A stretch of DNA of 64,000 bases from Minisyncoccia bacterium (GTDB taxonomy: Bacteria; Patescibacteriota; Minisyncoccia; Phycocordibacterales; JAACPR01): contig JBGSLH010000008.1 of the NCBI GenBank assembly GCA_041740795.1, positions 15,860-79,859 on the forward strand, in the 5' to 3' direction. Shown piece after piece: positions 55,949-64,000 of this stretch; position 1 is the first letter of the stretch; every line of letters begins with the position of its first letter. The notes beneath the pieces were generated by a model that saw nothing but the letters and a program-made list of their open reading frames with translations, searched no databases and was not told the origin of the DNA. The translations under genes were made by a program, and so were the position numbers.

Positions 55949-57733
55949 ATGGAACCAAGTGAAAAGCTAAGTAAAGAAAATATTTCAACAGGTATAAAAG
56001 TACTGTGGAAATATATTAGTCAGTATAGAAAAGAGATTGCGCTCCTTAGTGTTATGGGTATTTTTTCTGCAATCGGTAATGGAATCGTACCGTATATCGT
56101 CGGTAAGTTTTTTGATAGTATCGCAAGCACTGAAAATATATCTATCTTTTGGTACGTAGTTCCTCTGTATATTTTTCTTATAATTATCTGGTCAATCATA
56201 CAGTTGATCACCTATATTCTCGATTGGAGAATAAACATTCTGAGTGAAAAGTTTTCTAATGTCATTTGGCTTGATTATTTGAGTAAAGGATTTGGGTATC
56301 TTTTGCTTTTGCCTGTATCATTTCACAAGACAAATAAAATTGGAGAAATCAGTAATAAAATTAATATCGCAGCTAATGCATTAGAAACTATCGCAGGTCG
56401 AATAATCATTGATCTCAGTCCACAGATATTAAGTATTGTCATTGCATTTGTGGTGACATTCTACCTACAACCTGTATTAGCATTAGTACTGCTTTTGGGA
56501 GTTATTATCTATATCTTTATTTTTTCAAACAAAATTCAACACACTGCGACATATCAGAAAGAGTATTGGGATGTTCTTAATTTTGTCTTTGGTGAATCAT
56601 ACGATGTGGTTGGTAATGCTCTTGCGATCAAACAAGCAGCTGCAGAGGAATATGAAATAGAAAGACTTTCCACTAAGATGAAAAGCGCCGTACCACTATG
56701 GATGCGTCTGACTAATCTGTGGGGAAGTTTGAATCTCTATCAACGGATGACAATTCTCGCTACGCAAATAATCATTTTTAGTATGTCCGTGTATTTCATT
56801 AGACAAGGAACAATGTCTATTGGAGAATTGATTGCTTTCAATACTTATGCGTCAATGGTTTTTGGTCCGTTTACAATCATTGCTCGTAATTGGCAGACTA
56901 TTCAAAATGGTATTGTAAATATTCAAGAAACAGAAAAGATATTACAGCTTGAAACTGAGTTGTATGAAGGTAAGGATGCAAAACAAATCGAGTTGCAGGG
57001 CAATATTGATTTCAAGAATGTATTTTTTCAATATGAAGAAGGAAAGAAAATTTTGGAAGACATATCATTTTCAGTTAAGGCAGGTCAACTTGTTGCATTG
57101 GTAGGAGAGTCAGGAGTAGGTAAGAGTACACTGATTGATCTTATTTCTGCATATCACTTTGCGAACAAAGGAGAAGTGAAGATTGATGGATATGATATAC
57201 AAGATATTCAATTGAAAAAACTCCGTCAGCAAATTGCTGTTGTCCCACAGGAAGTAGTGTTGTTCAACGATACAATTATGATGAACATCAAATATGGAAA
57301 TTTTAATGCGACTGACGAGGAAGTCCGTGCCGCTGCCAAAAAAGCACACGCACTTGATTTTATTGAAAAATTTCCGGATAAATGGAATCAGATTGTGGGT
57401 GAACGAGGTGTAAAACTTTCTGTAGGTCAAAAACAACGAGTTGCTATTGCTCGTGCTATTTTACGTAATCCACGAATTCTTATTCTCGATGAACCTACCT
57501 CAGCTCTTGATGCTGGTTCAGAAAAGATTATTACCGAATCTCTCGATGAATTGATGACAGGTAAGACGACATTTATTATCGCTCATCGATTAAGTACTGT
57601 ACGAAAAGCGAACATCATTCTGGTATTCAAGGATGGTCGGATTATCGAATCTGGAACTCATGACGAATTACTGACACTTGCAAGTGGAGAATATCGAAGA
57701 TTGTACGAATTACAAATCGGATTACATAGCTAA
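55949..57733 (+). CDS. ABC exporter, fused permease/ATPase (MsbA-like)
   Basis: Six TM segments. Walker A GESGVGKST, signature LSVGQKQR, Walker B ILILDEPTSALD. Confidence 0.85.
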   Translation: MEPSEKLSKENISTGIKVLWKYISQYRKEIALLSVMGIFSAIGNGIVPYIVGKFFDSIASTENISIFWYVVPLYIFLIIIWSIIQLITYILDWRINILSEKFSNVIWLDYLSKGFGYLLLLPVSFHKTNKIGEISNKINIAANALETIAGRIIIDLSPQILSIVIAFVVTFYLQPVLALVLLLGVIIYIFIFSNKIQHTATYQKEYWDVLNFVFGESYDVVGNALAIKQAAAEEYEIERLSTKMKSAVPLWMRLTNLWGSLNLYQRMTILATQIIIFSMSVYFIRQGTMSIGELIAFNTYASMVFGPFTIIARNWQTIQNGIVNIQETEKILQLETELYEGKDAKQIELQGNIDFKNVFFQYEEGKKILEDISFSVKAGQLVALVGESGVGKSTLIDLISAYHFANKGEVKIDGYDIQDIQLKKLRQQIAVVPQEVVLFNDTIMMNIKYGNFNATDEEVRAAAKKAHALDFIEKFPDKWNQIVGERGVKLSVGQKQRVAIARAILRNPRILILDEPTSALDAGSEKIITESLDELMTGKTTFIIAHRLSTVRKANIILVFKDGRIIESGTHDELLTLASGEYRRLYELQIGLHS

Positions 57734-57907
57734 TTCAATTTCTGTATCATATGGAGCATTGTGTAATATTTAACTGGTATTTTTTGTTCGTTTGATTTAA
57801 TCCCTTATTTTGGTAAGGTGACTCCTAAGAGTCGTTCTTCGACAAACATGAATGTCATTTGACTTCATAATCAAACTCAAATCAAACACAGAAAGGAACA
57901 ACACAAC

Positions 57908-58474
57908 ATGATCAAATTATCGAACGGACACGAGTTCCGGTATATGGTCGCAAGCGGAGCTCTTGCATTTGACGGTCTCGGCTGGTGGTGGGAAAGACCA
58001 CTCGTCCGATTTGGCTTAGTCAAACCTGAACTATTCACAGTAGTCCTCAAGACACTGACCCGCCAACCTCGCAAGGGCAATTTGAGATGGTGGAAACCTT
58101 GGGATTGTGTCGCCTTGATAAAAGATGGAGCAGTCAACAAGGTTGCATTTCCCGACAAGCGTTCACCTCTTCATCGACTTGAAAAAAGAGTCGGTGGCGG
58201 AGGTGGTGGAGTGTCTGGCAAACCAGCACAACGCTTCAATTGGGAAGCGGTTGACAAGCTTGCCGAACAGGGCGTATTGCCCGTAATCGGACCAAGTATC
58301 ATGCAATATGAAGACATCGGGAAGATGAGAAGGCTCGGTGCCAAAGCTTACAGCTTTGGCGCAATTCATCTTCCAAGTTATCCCATCTGGCTCAAACCGT
58401 GGACAATTTTCACAAATCCGTGCAAACCCACACAATTCGTAGAAAGGAAAGGAACTACAACATATGAAAACTGA
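57908..58474 (+). pseudogene. pyrD: dihydroorotate dehydrogenase remnant (in-frame internal deletion)
   Basis: The N-terminus FRYMVASGA...KTLTRQPRKGN and the C-terminus GGVSGKP...LPVIGPSI...LGAKAYSFGA align to both ends of DHODH. The ~150-aa catalytic core is replaced by a GGGGGG linker. Confidence 0.5.
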
Positions 58475-59558
58475 TTCGATAACAATCCCTCGATGGTTTG
58501 ATGCCCACCTTCATCTTCGCGATGGTGGGATGATGGAGAATGTTCTTCCTTGTACACTCGCACAACGACCGACAGGAGCAATAATTATGCCAAACCTGAT
58601 GAAACCAGGAGGTATTGCCGATCCTGTGGATACGGTCGAGAAGGCAGTTGCATATCATTCGCGCATACTCGGAGCGTGTACAAGGTATTTGCGAACTGCC
58701 GAAATTCCTCAAGAATCCTTCACGCCGTGTATGACATGTTATCTGACGGATCATACTGATCCCGAAGAAGTGGTGCGTGGATACCAAGAGGGAATCTGGA
58801 AAGCGGTCAAACTATACATGGCTGACCAGCAAGGTCGAGGAGGAACAACCGGCTCCGGACATGGGGTCCGGAATCTCCTTGGTCGTTACAAGGTATTCGA
58901 GGCGATGGAAAAGTACGGCATTCCTCTGCTCGGACATTTCGAAGCAGTTGAAGATGACGTGGATGAATTCGATCGTGAGATCATCTCAGCCGAACGTGAC
59001 TACGTTCCGATTCTGGATACATTTTCAGGATTGCTAGTCGTGTTTGAGCATCTGACTGATGGCCGAGTTGCGGACATGATCGCACAAACACCTCGTGAAA
59101 ATACATTTGCATCGGTAAGTGCCCATCATCCGATGGTCAACCGGAACGCTATGTTTAATGGTGGAATGAACCCTCTGTATTTTTGCAAGCCCGTGCCCAA
59201 GCGTGAAGAACACAGGTTGAGGGTTCGTAGGCATATTACTTCGGGTAACCGTCGTTTCCGTGCAGGGACTGATTCGGCTCCTCATGACGAGGCTAACAAG
59301 GCACGCTGCTGCGGTTGTGCAGCAGGTATGTTTACTGCACCGGTTGCCGTTGAACTGTATGCCACGATCTTTGACGAAGACGATGCACTTGAGCATCTAG
59401 GTCCTTTCCTCTCTGAAAACTTCCTCCATATTTATGATATGGAGGTGAGCAAGGAGATGATGACCATCGTCCGAGAAGAAACCCACGTTCCTGAGAAAGT
59501 CGGTTCGGTTCTAGTTTTTAAGGGTGGCGAGACGCTTCCTTGGAAACTCGTCCGGTAA
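58464..59558 (+). CDS. pyrC: dihydroorotase, homodimeric (E. coli) type
   Basis: DAHLHLRDG and GTDSAPH signatures, 364 aa. Terminator at 59581-59612. Confidence 0.8.
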   Translation: MKTDSITIPRWFDAHLHLRDGGMMENVLPCTLAQRPTGAIIMPNLMKPGGIADPVDTVEKAVAYHSRILGACTRYLRTAEIPQESFTPCMTCYLTDHTDPEEVVRGYQEGIWKAVKLYMADQQGRGGTTGSGHGVRNLLGRYKVFEAMEKYGIPLLGHFEAVEDDVDEFDREIISAERDYVPILDTFSGLLVVFEHLTDGRVADMIAQTPRENTFASVSAHHPMVNRNAMFNGGMNPLYFCKPVPKREEHRLRVRRHITSGNRRFRAGTDSAPHDEANKARCCGCAAGMFTAPVAVELYATIFDEDDALEHLGPFLSENFLHIYDMEVSKEMMTIVREETHVPEKVGSVLVFKGGETLPWKLVR

Positions 59559-59654
59559 CTCCTGAGTTTGAATGTCACAAGGCCCGTTGCATTGCTGCAA
59601 CGGGCCTTTTCTATATAAGTTGAATATCTGTCACCGATTGCATAGAATCAGTAC

Positions 59655-60194
59655 ATGAAAATAGTAATCAAGCCAATAAGAAATGAAGATACGGATACCT
59701 TACACTACTCTTTTTTCAAAAGTCAGTTTGGAATCTGTCTTGTTGCCTCTGTCGAGAGTGGAATTTGCAATATACTTTTTGCAGATTCATCAAGAAAAGC
59801 AATTGAAGATCTTAAGTTGAGATGGCCAAAAGCAAAACTTGTTTTGAAATCTCTACCTTCGCATGTTCAATTAAAAAAATATCTTGCAGGAGACGTGTCT
59901 CCTTCTGTTATCGAACTATGTCTGCAAGGAACAGACTTTCAAATTAAAGTATGGAAAGCACTTACTATGATTCCTTTTGGCAAGACTGCAACATATAAAG
60001 ACATCGCAACTCGCATAGGCAAACCTCTCGCATACCGCGCAGTCGGCACAGCGATAGGGAACAATCCTATCGGATACTTCGTTCCATGTCATAGGATTTT
60101 AAAATCAGACGGCGGTATTGGTGGATTCAGATGGGGAACAGCATGTAAGCAGGCGATGCTCGCCTACGAAGCTGCACAGAAAACAAAAGCGTAA
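59655..60194 (+). CDS. ogt: methylated-DNA-protein-cysteine methyltransferase
   Basis: Active site VPCHRIL plus an HTH region (ATYKDIATRIGKPLAYRAVGTAIGNNP). Confidence 0.8.
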   Translation: MKIVIKPIRNEDTDTLHYSFFKSQFGICLVASVESGICNILFADSSRKAIEDLKLRWPKAKLVLKSLPSHVQLKKYLAGDVSPSVIELCLQGTDFQIKVWKALTMIPFGKTATYKDIATRIGKPLAYRAVGTAIGNNPIGYFVPCHRILKSDGGIGGFRWGTACKQAMLAYEAAQKTKA

Positions 60195-60206
60195 TATACT
60201 GAAAGT

Positions 60207-60935
60207 ATGAAAATACTTATTTTGATAATAGTGTGTCTTGGGGCAGTGCTTGCGTACGACATTGTACACGTTTTTATTCTCAGCAAAAAAAGCGCGACGC
60301 TCATCAGGAATACAACCCCGTTTACGCGTGTTGTTACTGAGCCAAAGATGAAAATCTTGGTTCTCGGAGACAGTACTGCATACGGAACTGGCGTGACCGA
60401 TTCTGCCCTGTCTACTGCAGGACGACTTGGCACATTGTATCCCGATGCGGAAGTAAAAAATCTTGCAGTGAACGGACTCAAGATCGAAGGACTACTTGAA
60501 ATTTTAAATACCCTTTCGACTGACGAGCGATTCGAAATCATCCTTGTTCAAATTGGTGCTAATGACATCATTAGGCTTACTCCGATCGATTCGATCAGAA
60601 CAGGTATCCAAGATGTTCTTGCCAAAACTCAAAAAATCGGAACGCAGGTCATTGTTCTGCATTCTGGAAATATTGGAGAAACATATTTTTTTCCGTGGTA
60701 TGTCAGACCTGTGCTTAGTCGTCGCAGTTTGGAAGTGCGAGAAATATACAAGAAAGAATCTGACCGATACGAAGCATCTTACGTAGACCTGATCGATTCA
60801 CCTGTCGACAAACTGGTAAAAGAAAATCCCGACATCTATTATGCAGAGGATTTATTGCATTTGAGCAACGATGGATATGGGATGTGGTTTGAAGAAATCA
60901 AGAAACACCTGCAGCCTGTGAGCAAAAACATTTGA
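60207..60935 (+). CDS. SGNH/GDSL hydrolase
   Basis: Block I VLGDSTAYG (GDS), block V DLLHLSNDGY (DxxH). Confidence 0.7.
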   Translation: MKILILIIVCLGAVLAYDIVHVFILSKKSATLIRNTTPFTRVVTEPKMKILVLGDSTAYGTGVTDSALSTAGRLGTLYPDAEVKNLAVNGLKIEGLLEILNTLSTDERFEIILVQIGANDIIRLTPIDSIRTGIQDVLAKTQKIGTQVIVLHSGNIGETYFFPWYVRPVLSRRSLEVREIYKKESDRYEASYVDLIDSPVDKLVKENPDIYYAEDLLHLSNDGYGMWFEEIKKHLQPVSKNI

Positions 60936-61015
60936 GAAAACTTCCGAATGTTTTATAATTGAGCAAGCACGATAAATAAATCGTCTTTAACAGTCTTACT
61001 TACTTATTAAATTCT

Positions 61016-62248
61016 ATGAAAATTTTAAAAACAGTTTCGTTCTTAACAGTATTCCTGCTGATCCTTGCTACAGTTATTTCTATCAAGCCTGCAGAGGCAG
61101 CAGCAGCCTGCAGTTTTAGTCGTACTCTGGATCTTGGAGTAGATGGTGAGGATGTTCGATGTCTTCAAAAATATCTCAACGGAGCAGGGTTTGTAATCGC
61201 AACGACAGGTGTTGGTTCTGTTGGTGGTGAGACAACGCTCTTTCGGGATAAGACAAAGGCGGCTGTTGTAAAATGGCAGACTGCAAACGGAATTTCTCCT
61301 GCTTCAGGAATATTCGGACCACTTTCCAAAATGAAATATCTCTCGCTTAACGGTGGAACTACTGTTTCGGGAGTAACTACTCCAACCCCTGCAACACCGA
61401 CAATCCCTGCGACTTCAAACGAAATTGCAACCCTCAAGAATCAGATCTCCTCATTGACTTCACAGCTTGCTGCTGCCAAGACTGGTTCAAACTCACTTTC
61501 TTCTGAGGCAAAAAAAGCAAAAGATCAGATTAAGGAGGCTATCAATATGATCGAAGATGCCGAAGACGAAATAGATAATTCAAACGAAGGAGCAGATATT
61601 GCCGCTGCAGAAAGCAATATTGATGATGCAAAGGAAGATTTGTTCGATGCATACGATGCTTTTTTTGATGACGATTTTGCGGATGCATATAAGTTTGCAG
61701 AAAAATCATTCAACAATGCCGAAGACGCACTTGACGATGCTGGTGGAGAAACTGACGAAGACGAGATCGAGGACTTTATCGACGAGGTAGAGGACTATAT
61801 TGATGACGTGGATCAAGAAATCAAGGATTCTGAAGATGATACTGATGAGGCCGAAGAACTTCTTGAAGAAGCGGAGGACGTATTGGAACAGGCAAAAGAT
61901 GCATTCGATGACGATGATGCTGACGAGGCAGAAGAACTTGCAGAAGAGGCAAAGGATCTTGCCAAGGATGCACGAGACGCGATTGGTGAAGAGAATGACG
62001 ATAATGAGAAGGACGATGCCAAGGATGCAATAGAAGATGCCGAAGACGCTATTGACGAAGCAGAGGATGCTATCAGTGAAGCTCAGGATGATGGTGACGA
62101 TACTGACGAAGCGGAAGATCTTCTTGACGAGGCGAACGATGCACTTGATGACGCTCAAGAAGCATACGATGACAAAGATTATGAAGATGCTGAAGATTAT
62201 GCCAAAGATGCTGAAGATCTTGCGAATGACGCAATCGACGAACTGTAA
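61016..62248 (+). CDS. secreted peptidoglycan-binding-domain protein with coiled coil and long acidic D/E/A repeat tail
   Basis: Signal peptide, a PG_binding_1-like region (LDLGVDGEDVRCLQKYLNGAGFV...VKWQTANGI), a Thr/Pro linker, then ~230 aa of DDAEDAIDEAEDA-type repeats. Terminator at 62293-62325. Confidence 0.6.
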   Translation: MKILKTVSFLTVFLLILATVISIKPAEAAAACSFSRTLDLGVDGEDVRCLQKYLNGAGFVIATTGVGSVGGETTLFRDKTKAAVVKWQTANGISPASGIFGPLSKMKYLSLNGGTTVSGVTTPTPATPTIPATSNEIATLKNQISSLTSQLAAAKTGSNSLSSEAKKAKDQIKEAINMIEDAEDEIDNSNEGADIAAAESNIDDAKEDLFDAYDAFFDDDFADAYKFAEKSFNNAEDALDDAGGETDEDEIEDFIDEVEDYIDDVDQEIKDSEDDTDEAEELLEEAEDVLEQAKDAFDDDDADEAEELAEEAKDLAKDARDAIGEENDDNEKDDAKDAIEDAEDAIDEAEDAISEAQDDGDDTDEAEDLLDEANDALDDAQEAYDDKDYEDAEDYAKDAEDLANDAIDEL

Positions 62249-62362
62249 AGATTTCGGCAAAACTTGTTGATTTGAGCTTAAGAATTATTAAGAAAAGGGG
62301 CGGTCCTGCGGACCGCCCCTTTTCTTTATAATTGCTTTATCTCCGTATGCTATAATCTTGCC

Positions 62363-64000
62363 ATGACGCAAAACGAAGCACTCACTCTCCTCAAGATGGG
62401 CAAGAACGTTTTCCTGACAGGTCCTGCAGGATCAGGTAAGACGTACGTTCTCAATTCCTACATCACCTATCTCGAAGAACGCGGTGTCGAAGTTGCTATT
62501 ACTGCATCGACAGGTATCGCAGCGACGCACCTTGGAGGAATGACTATCCATGCCTGGTCAGGAATCGGTATCAAAGACTCTCTTTCTGCACGCGACATCG
62601 ACTATATGGAACAGCAGCAATATTTGTGGAAGCGTTTTGAAAATGTAAAAGTCCTTATCATCGACGAGATCTCAATGCTCAAGGGAACGACAGTCGATAT
62701 GGTTGATCATGTGTGCCGTGCATTCAAGCGGAATCAAAAATCTTTCGGTGGCCTTCAAGTTATTTTTTCAGGAGACTTCTTTCAACTTCCTCCAATCGAA
62801 AAATACAGACCACAGGCACAGATGGAACAGATCTCTCTCTATTCGGATTCGAGCGATGACATCCAGTACGAAGTAGAAGACGAAATTCGAACACCATTCG
62901 CATTTCTTTCACAAAGTTGGAAGCAGGCAGATCTGCATGTGTGCTATCTCACTGAACAACACCGACAAGACGACAGTACACTTCTCAACATTCTTAATGA
63001 AATCAGGTCGGGCGAAGTGTCTGATGATACGCGAGAACTTCTACTAGAAAAAGTCACGACAAAAGACATTCCCGATGTTCCAAAATTGTATACGCACAAT
63101 ATTGAAGTGGACAAATTCAATCTCGAGCAGCTCGATAAGATAGATGGTGAAGGTCAGATTTACGAAATGACATCCAAAGGGAAACTGAGCGGTGTCGAAG
63201 CACTCAAGCGAGGATGTCTCTCTCCTGAAGAGTTGTGGCTCAAGATCGGCGCGCTTGTGATGTTTGTAAAAAACAATCCCGTTGCAGGATACGTAAACGG
63301 CACGATTGGAGAGATAACTGGTTTTAACGAGGATGGGTTCCCTGTTGTTTTGACCAAGGAGGGCAGAGAATATGTCGCACTTCCACAGTCGTGGGCAATC
63401 GAGGATCAGGGCAATATCGTTGCCGAAATCTTTCAAGTTCCGCTTCGTCTTGCGTGGGCTGTGACCATCCACAAAAGCCAGGGAATGACACTCGATTCGG
63501 CTCTGATCGACCTCTCTCAAGCCTTTGTGGCAGGACAGGGATATGTGGCACTTTCGCGTGTAAAAACACTTGATGGTTTGTATCTCAAAGGTATAAATAG
63601 ACAAGCACTTGAAGTTCATCCTGGTGTGCTGACATTCAACGAGCGCTTGATGGAGCTTTCCGATATATCATGTTCACGACTCGCTAAGACTGAAGAAACC
63701 CGGATTAACGAATGCATCGATGAGTTTCTCAAATCAGTAGGTGGCGACGTCAATTTTGTTCCAAAAAAGAAAAAAACTAAAGAGACAAAACTGTCCACCA
63801 AGACGACATACGAGATTACGAAGGAAATGATTTTGGAAAAAAAACCGATTCCTGTAATCTCGCTTGAACGTGACATCAGCGAAAGTACGATCATTGATCA
63901 TGTCGAAAAATTGCTTGTCGAAAAAATGGTAACCTCGACTGAGCTTGAATATCTCATTCCTTCAAAATCAAAAGAGAAGAAAATCATTTCCCAAATCGCA
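62363..64000 (+). CDS. PIF1/RecD-like SF1 helicase (partial; runs off the window end)
   Basis: Walker A GPAGSGKTY, Walker B LIIDEISM, TIHKSQGMTLD and YVALSRVKTLDGL. TATAAT at 62351-62356 just upstream. In frame to position 64000. Absent from the ORF track, presumably because no stop lies inside the window. Confidence 0.75.
   Translation, partial: MTQNEALTLLKMGKNVFLTGPAGSGKTYVLNSYITYLEERGVEVAITASTGIAATHLGGMTIHAWSGIGIKDSLSARDIDYMEQQQYLWKRFENVKVLIIDEISMLKGTTVDMVDHVCRAFKRNQKSFGGLQVIFSGDFFQLPPIEKYRPQAQMEQISLYSDSSDDIQYEVEDEIRTPFAFLSQSWKQADLHVCYLTEQHRQDDSTLLNILNEIRSGEVSDDTRELLLEKVTTKDIPDVPKLYTHNIEVDKFNLEQLDKIDGEGQIYEMTSKGKLSGVEALKRGCLSPEELWLKIGALVMFVKNNPVAGYVNGTIGEITGFNEDGFPVVLTKEGREYVALPQSWAIEDQGNIVAEIFQVPLRLAWAVTIHKSQGMTLDSALIDLSQAFVAGQGYVALSRVKTLDGLYLKGINRQALEVHPGVLTFNERLMELSDISCSRLAKTEETRINECIDEFLKSVGGDVNFVPKKKKTKETKLSTKTTYEITKEMILEKKPIPVISLERDISESTIIDHVEKLLVEKMVTSTELEYLIPSKSKEKKIISQIA

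Noticed and set aside
1-64000. CRISPR arrays, rRNA genes, IS transposases
   Set aside because: No regularly spaced direct repeats, no rRNA-like conserved stretches and no DDE/IS-type ORFs were seen. The dispersed repeats found are short, irregular and mostly gene-boundary associated.

Overview
The window is a low-GC bacterial chromosome segment with tightly packed, often overlapping, small genes. Gene content and protein sizes are reminiscent of Patescibacteria/CPR-type genomes, but that cannot be established from this window. Three zones stand out. (i) 1-17.5 kb is a housekeeping core: tRNA-Leu, an orphan parB with a 53-bp perfect palindrome in its divergent promoter, topA, dprA, serS, an ftsQ-like gene, a membrane-anchored Clp-type AAA+ protein, a DD-carboxypeptidase, dus, a promoter/terminator-bounded ~270-nt putative ncRNA, dnaX, an L,D-transpeptidase-PBP fusion and tRNA-Gln. 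(ii) 17.5 to ~46 kb is AT-rich accessory DNA that starts directly at the 3' end of tRNA-Gln, with a degenerate copy of the tRNA 3' end at ~37.1 kb. It holds two paralogous large serine recombinases in inverted orientation that bracket an XRE regulator, a 1629-aa SF1-helicase/DUF559-nuclease protein (Hhe-like defense architecture) and a zinc-ribbon protein. It also holds an SppA gene, a phage-type ParB-nuclease/DNA-methyltransferase next to a TerS-like gene, a tightly coupled four-gene CBASS-like operon (LexA-like HTH-S24 peptidase, HNH + C-terminal domain of Cap5-like effector, minimal CD-NTase, E2-like protein), and many small hypothetical, secreted or membrane proteins interspersed with short dispersed repeat families. 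(iii) 46-64 kb is mixed metabolism and stress. It contains a methionine-sulfoxide repair cluster (a 59-aa peptide that is 44% Met, a membrane thioredoxin, a CcdA-MsrA-MsrB fusion and a stand-alone MsrB) driven by two copies of a promoter embedded in a 22-bp perfect palindrome. It also contains a VOC+folC module flanked by 44-bp exact direct repeats, dCMP deaminase, a PurM-like protein, an ABC exporter, an internally deleted pyrD remnant next to an intact E. coli-type pyrC in locally GC-richer DNA, ogt, an SGNH hydrolase, an acidic-repeat peptidoglycan-binding protein and a PIF1/RecD-like helicase that runs off the window. No rRNA and no CRISPR array were seen.
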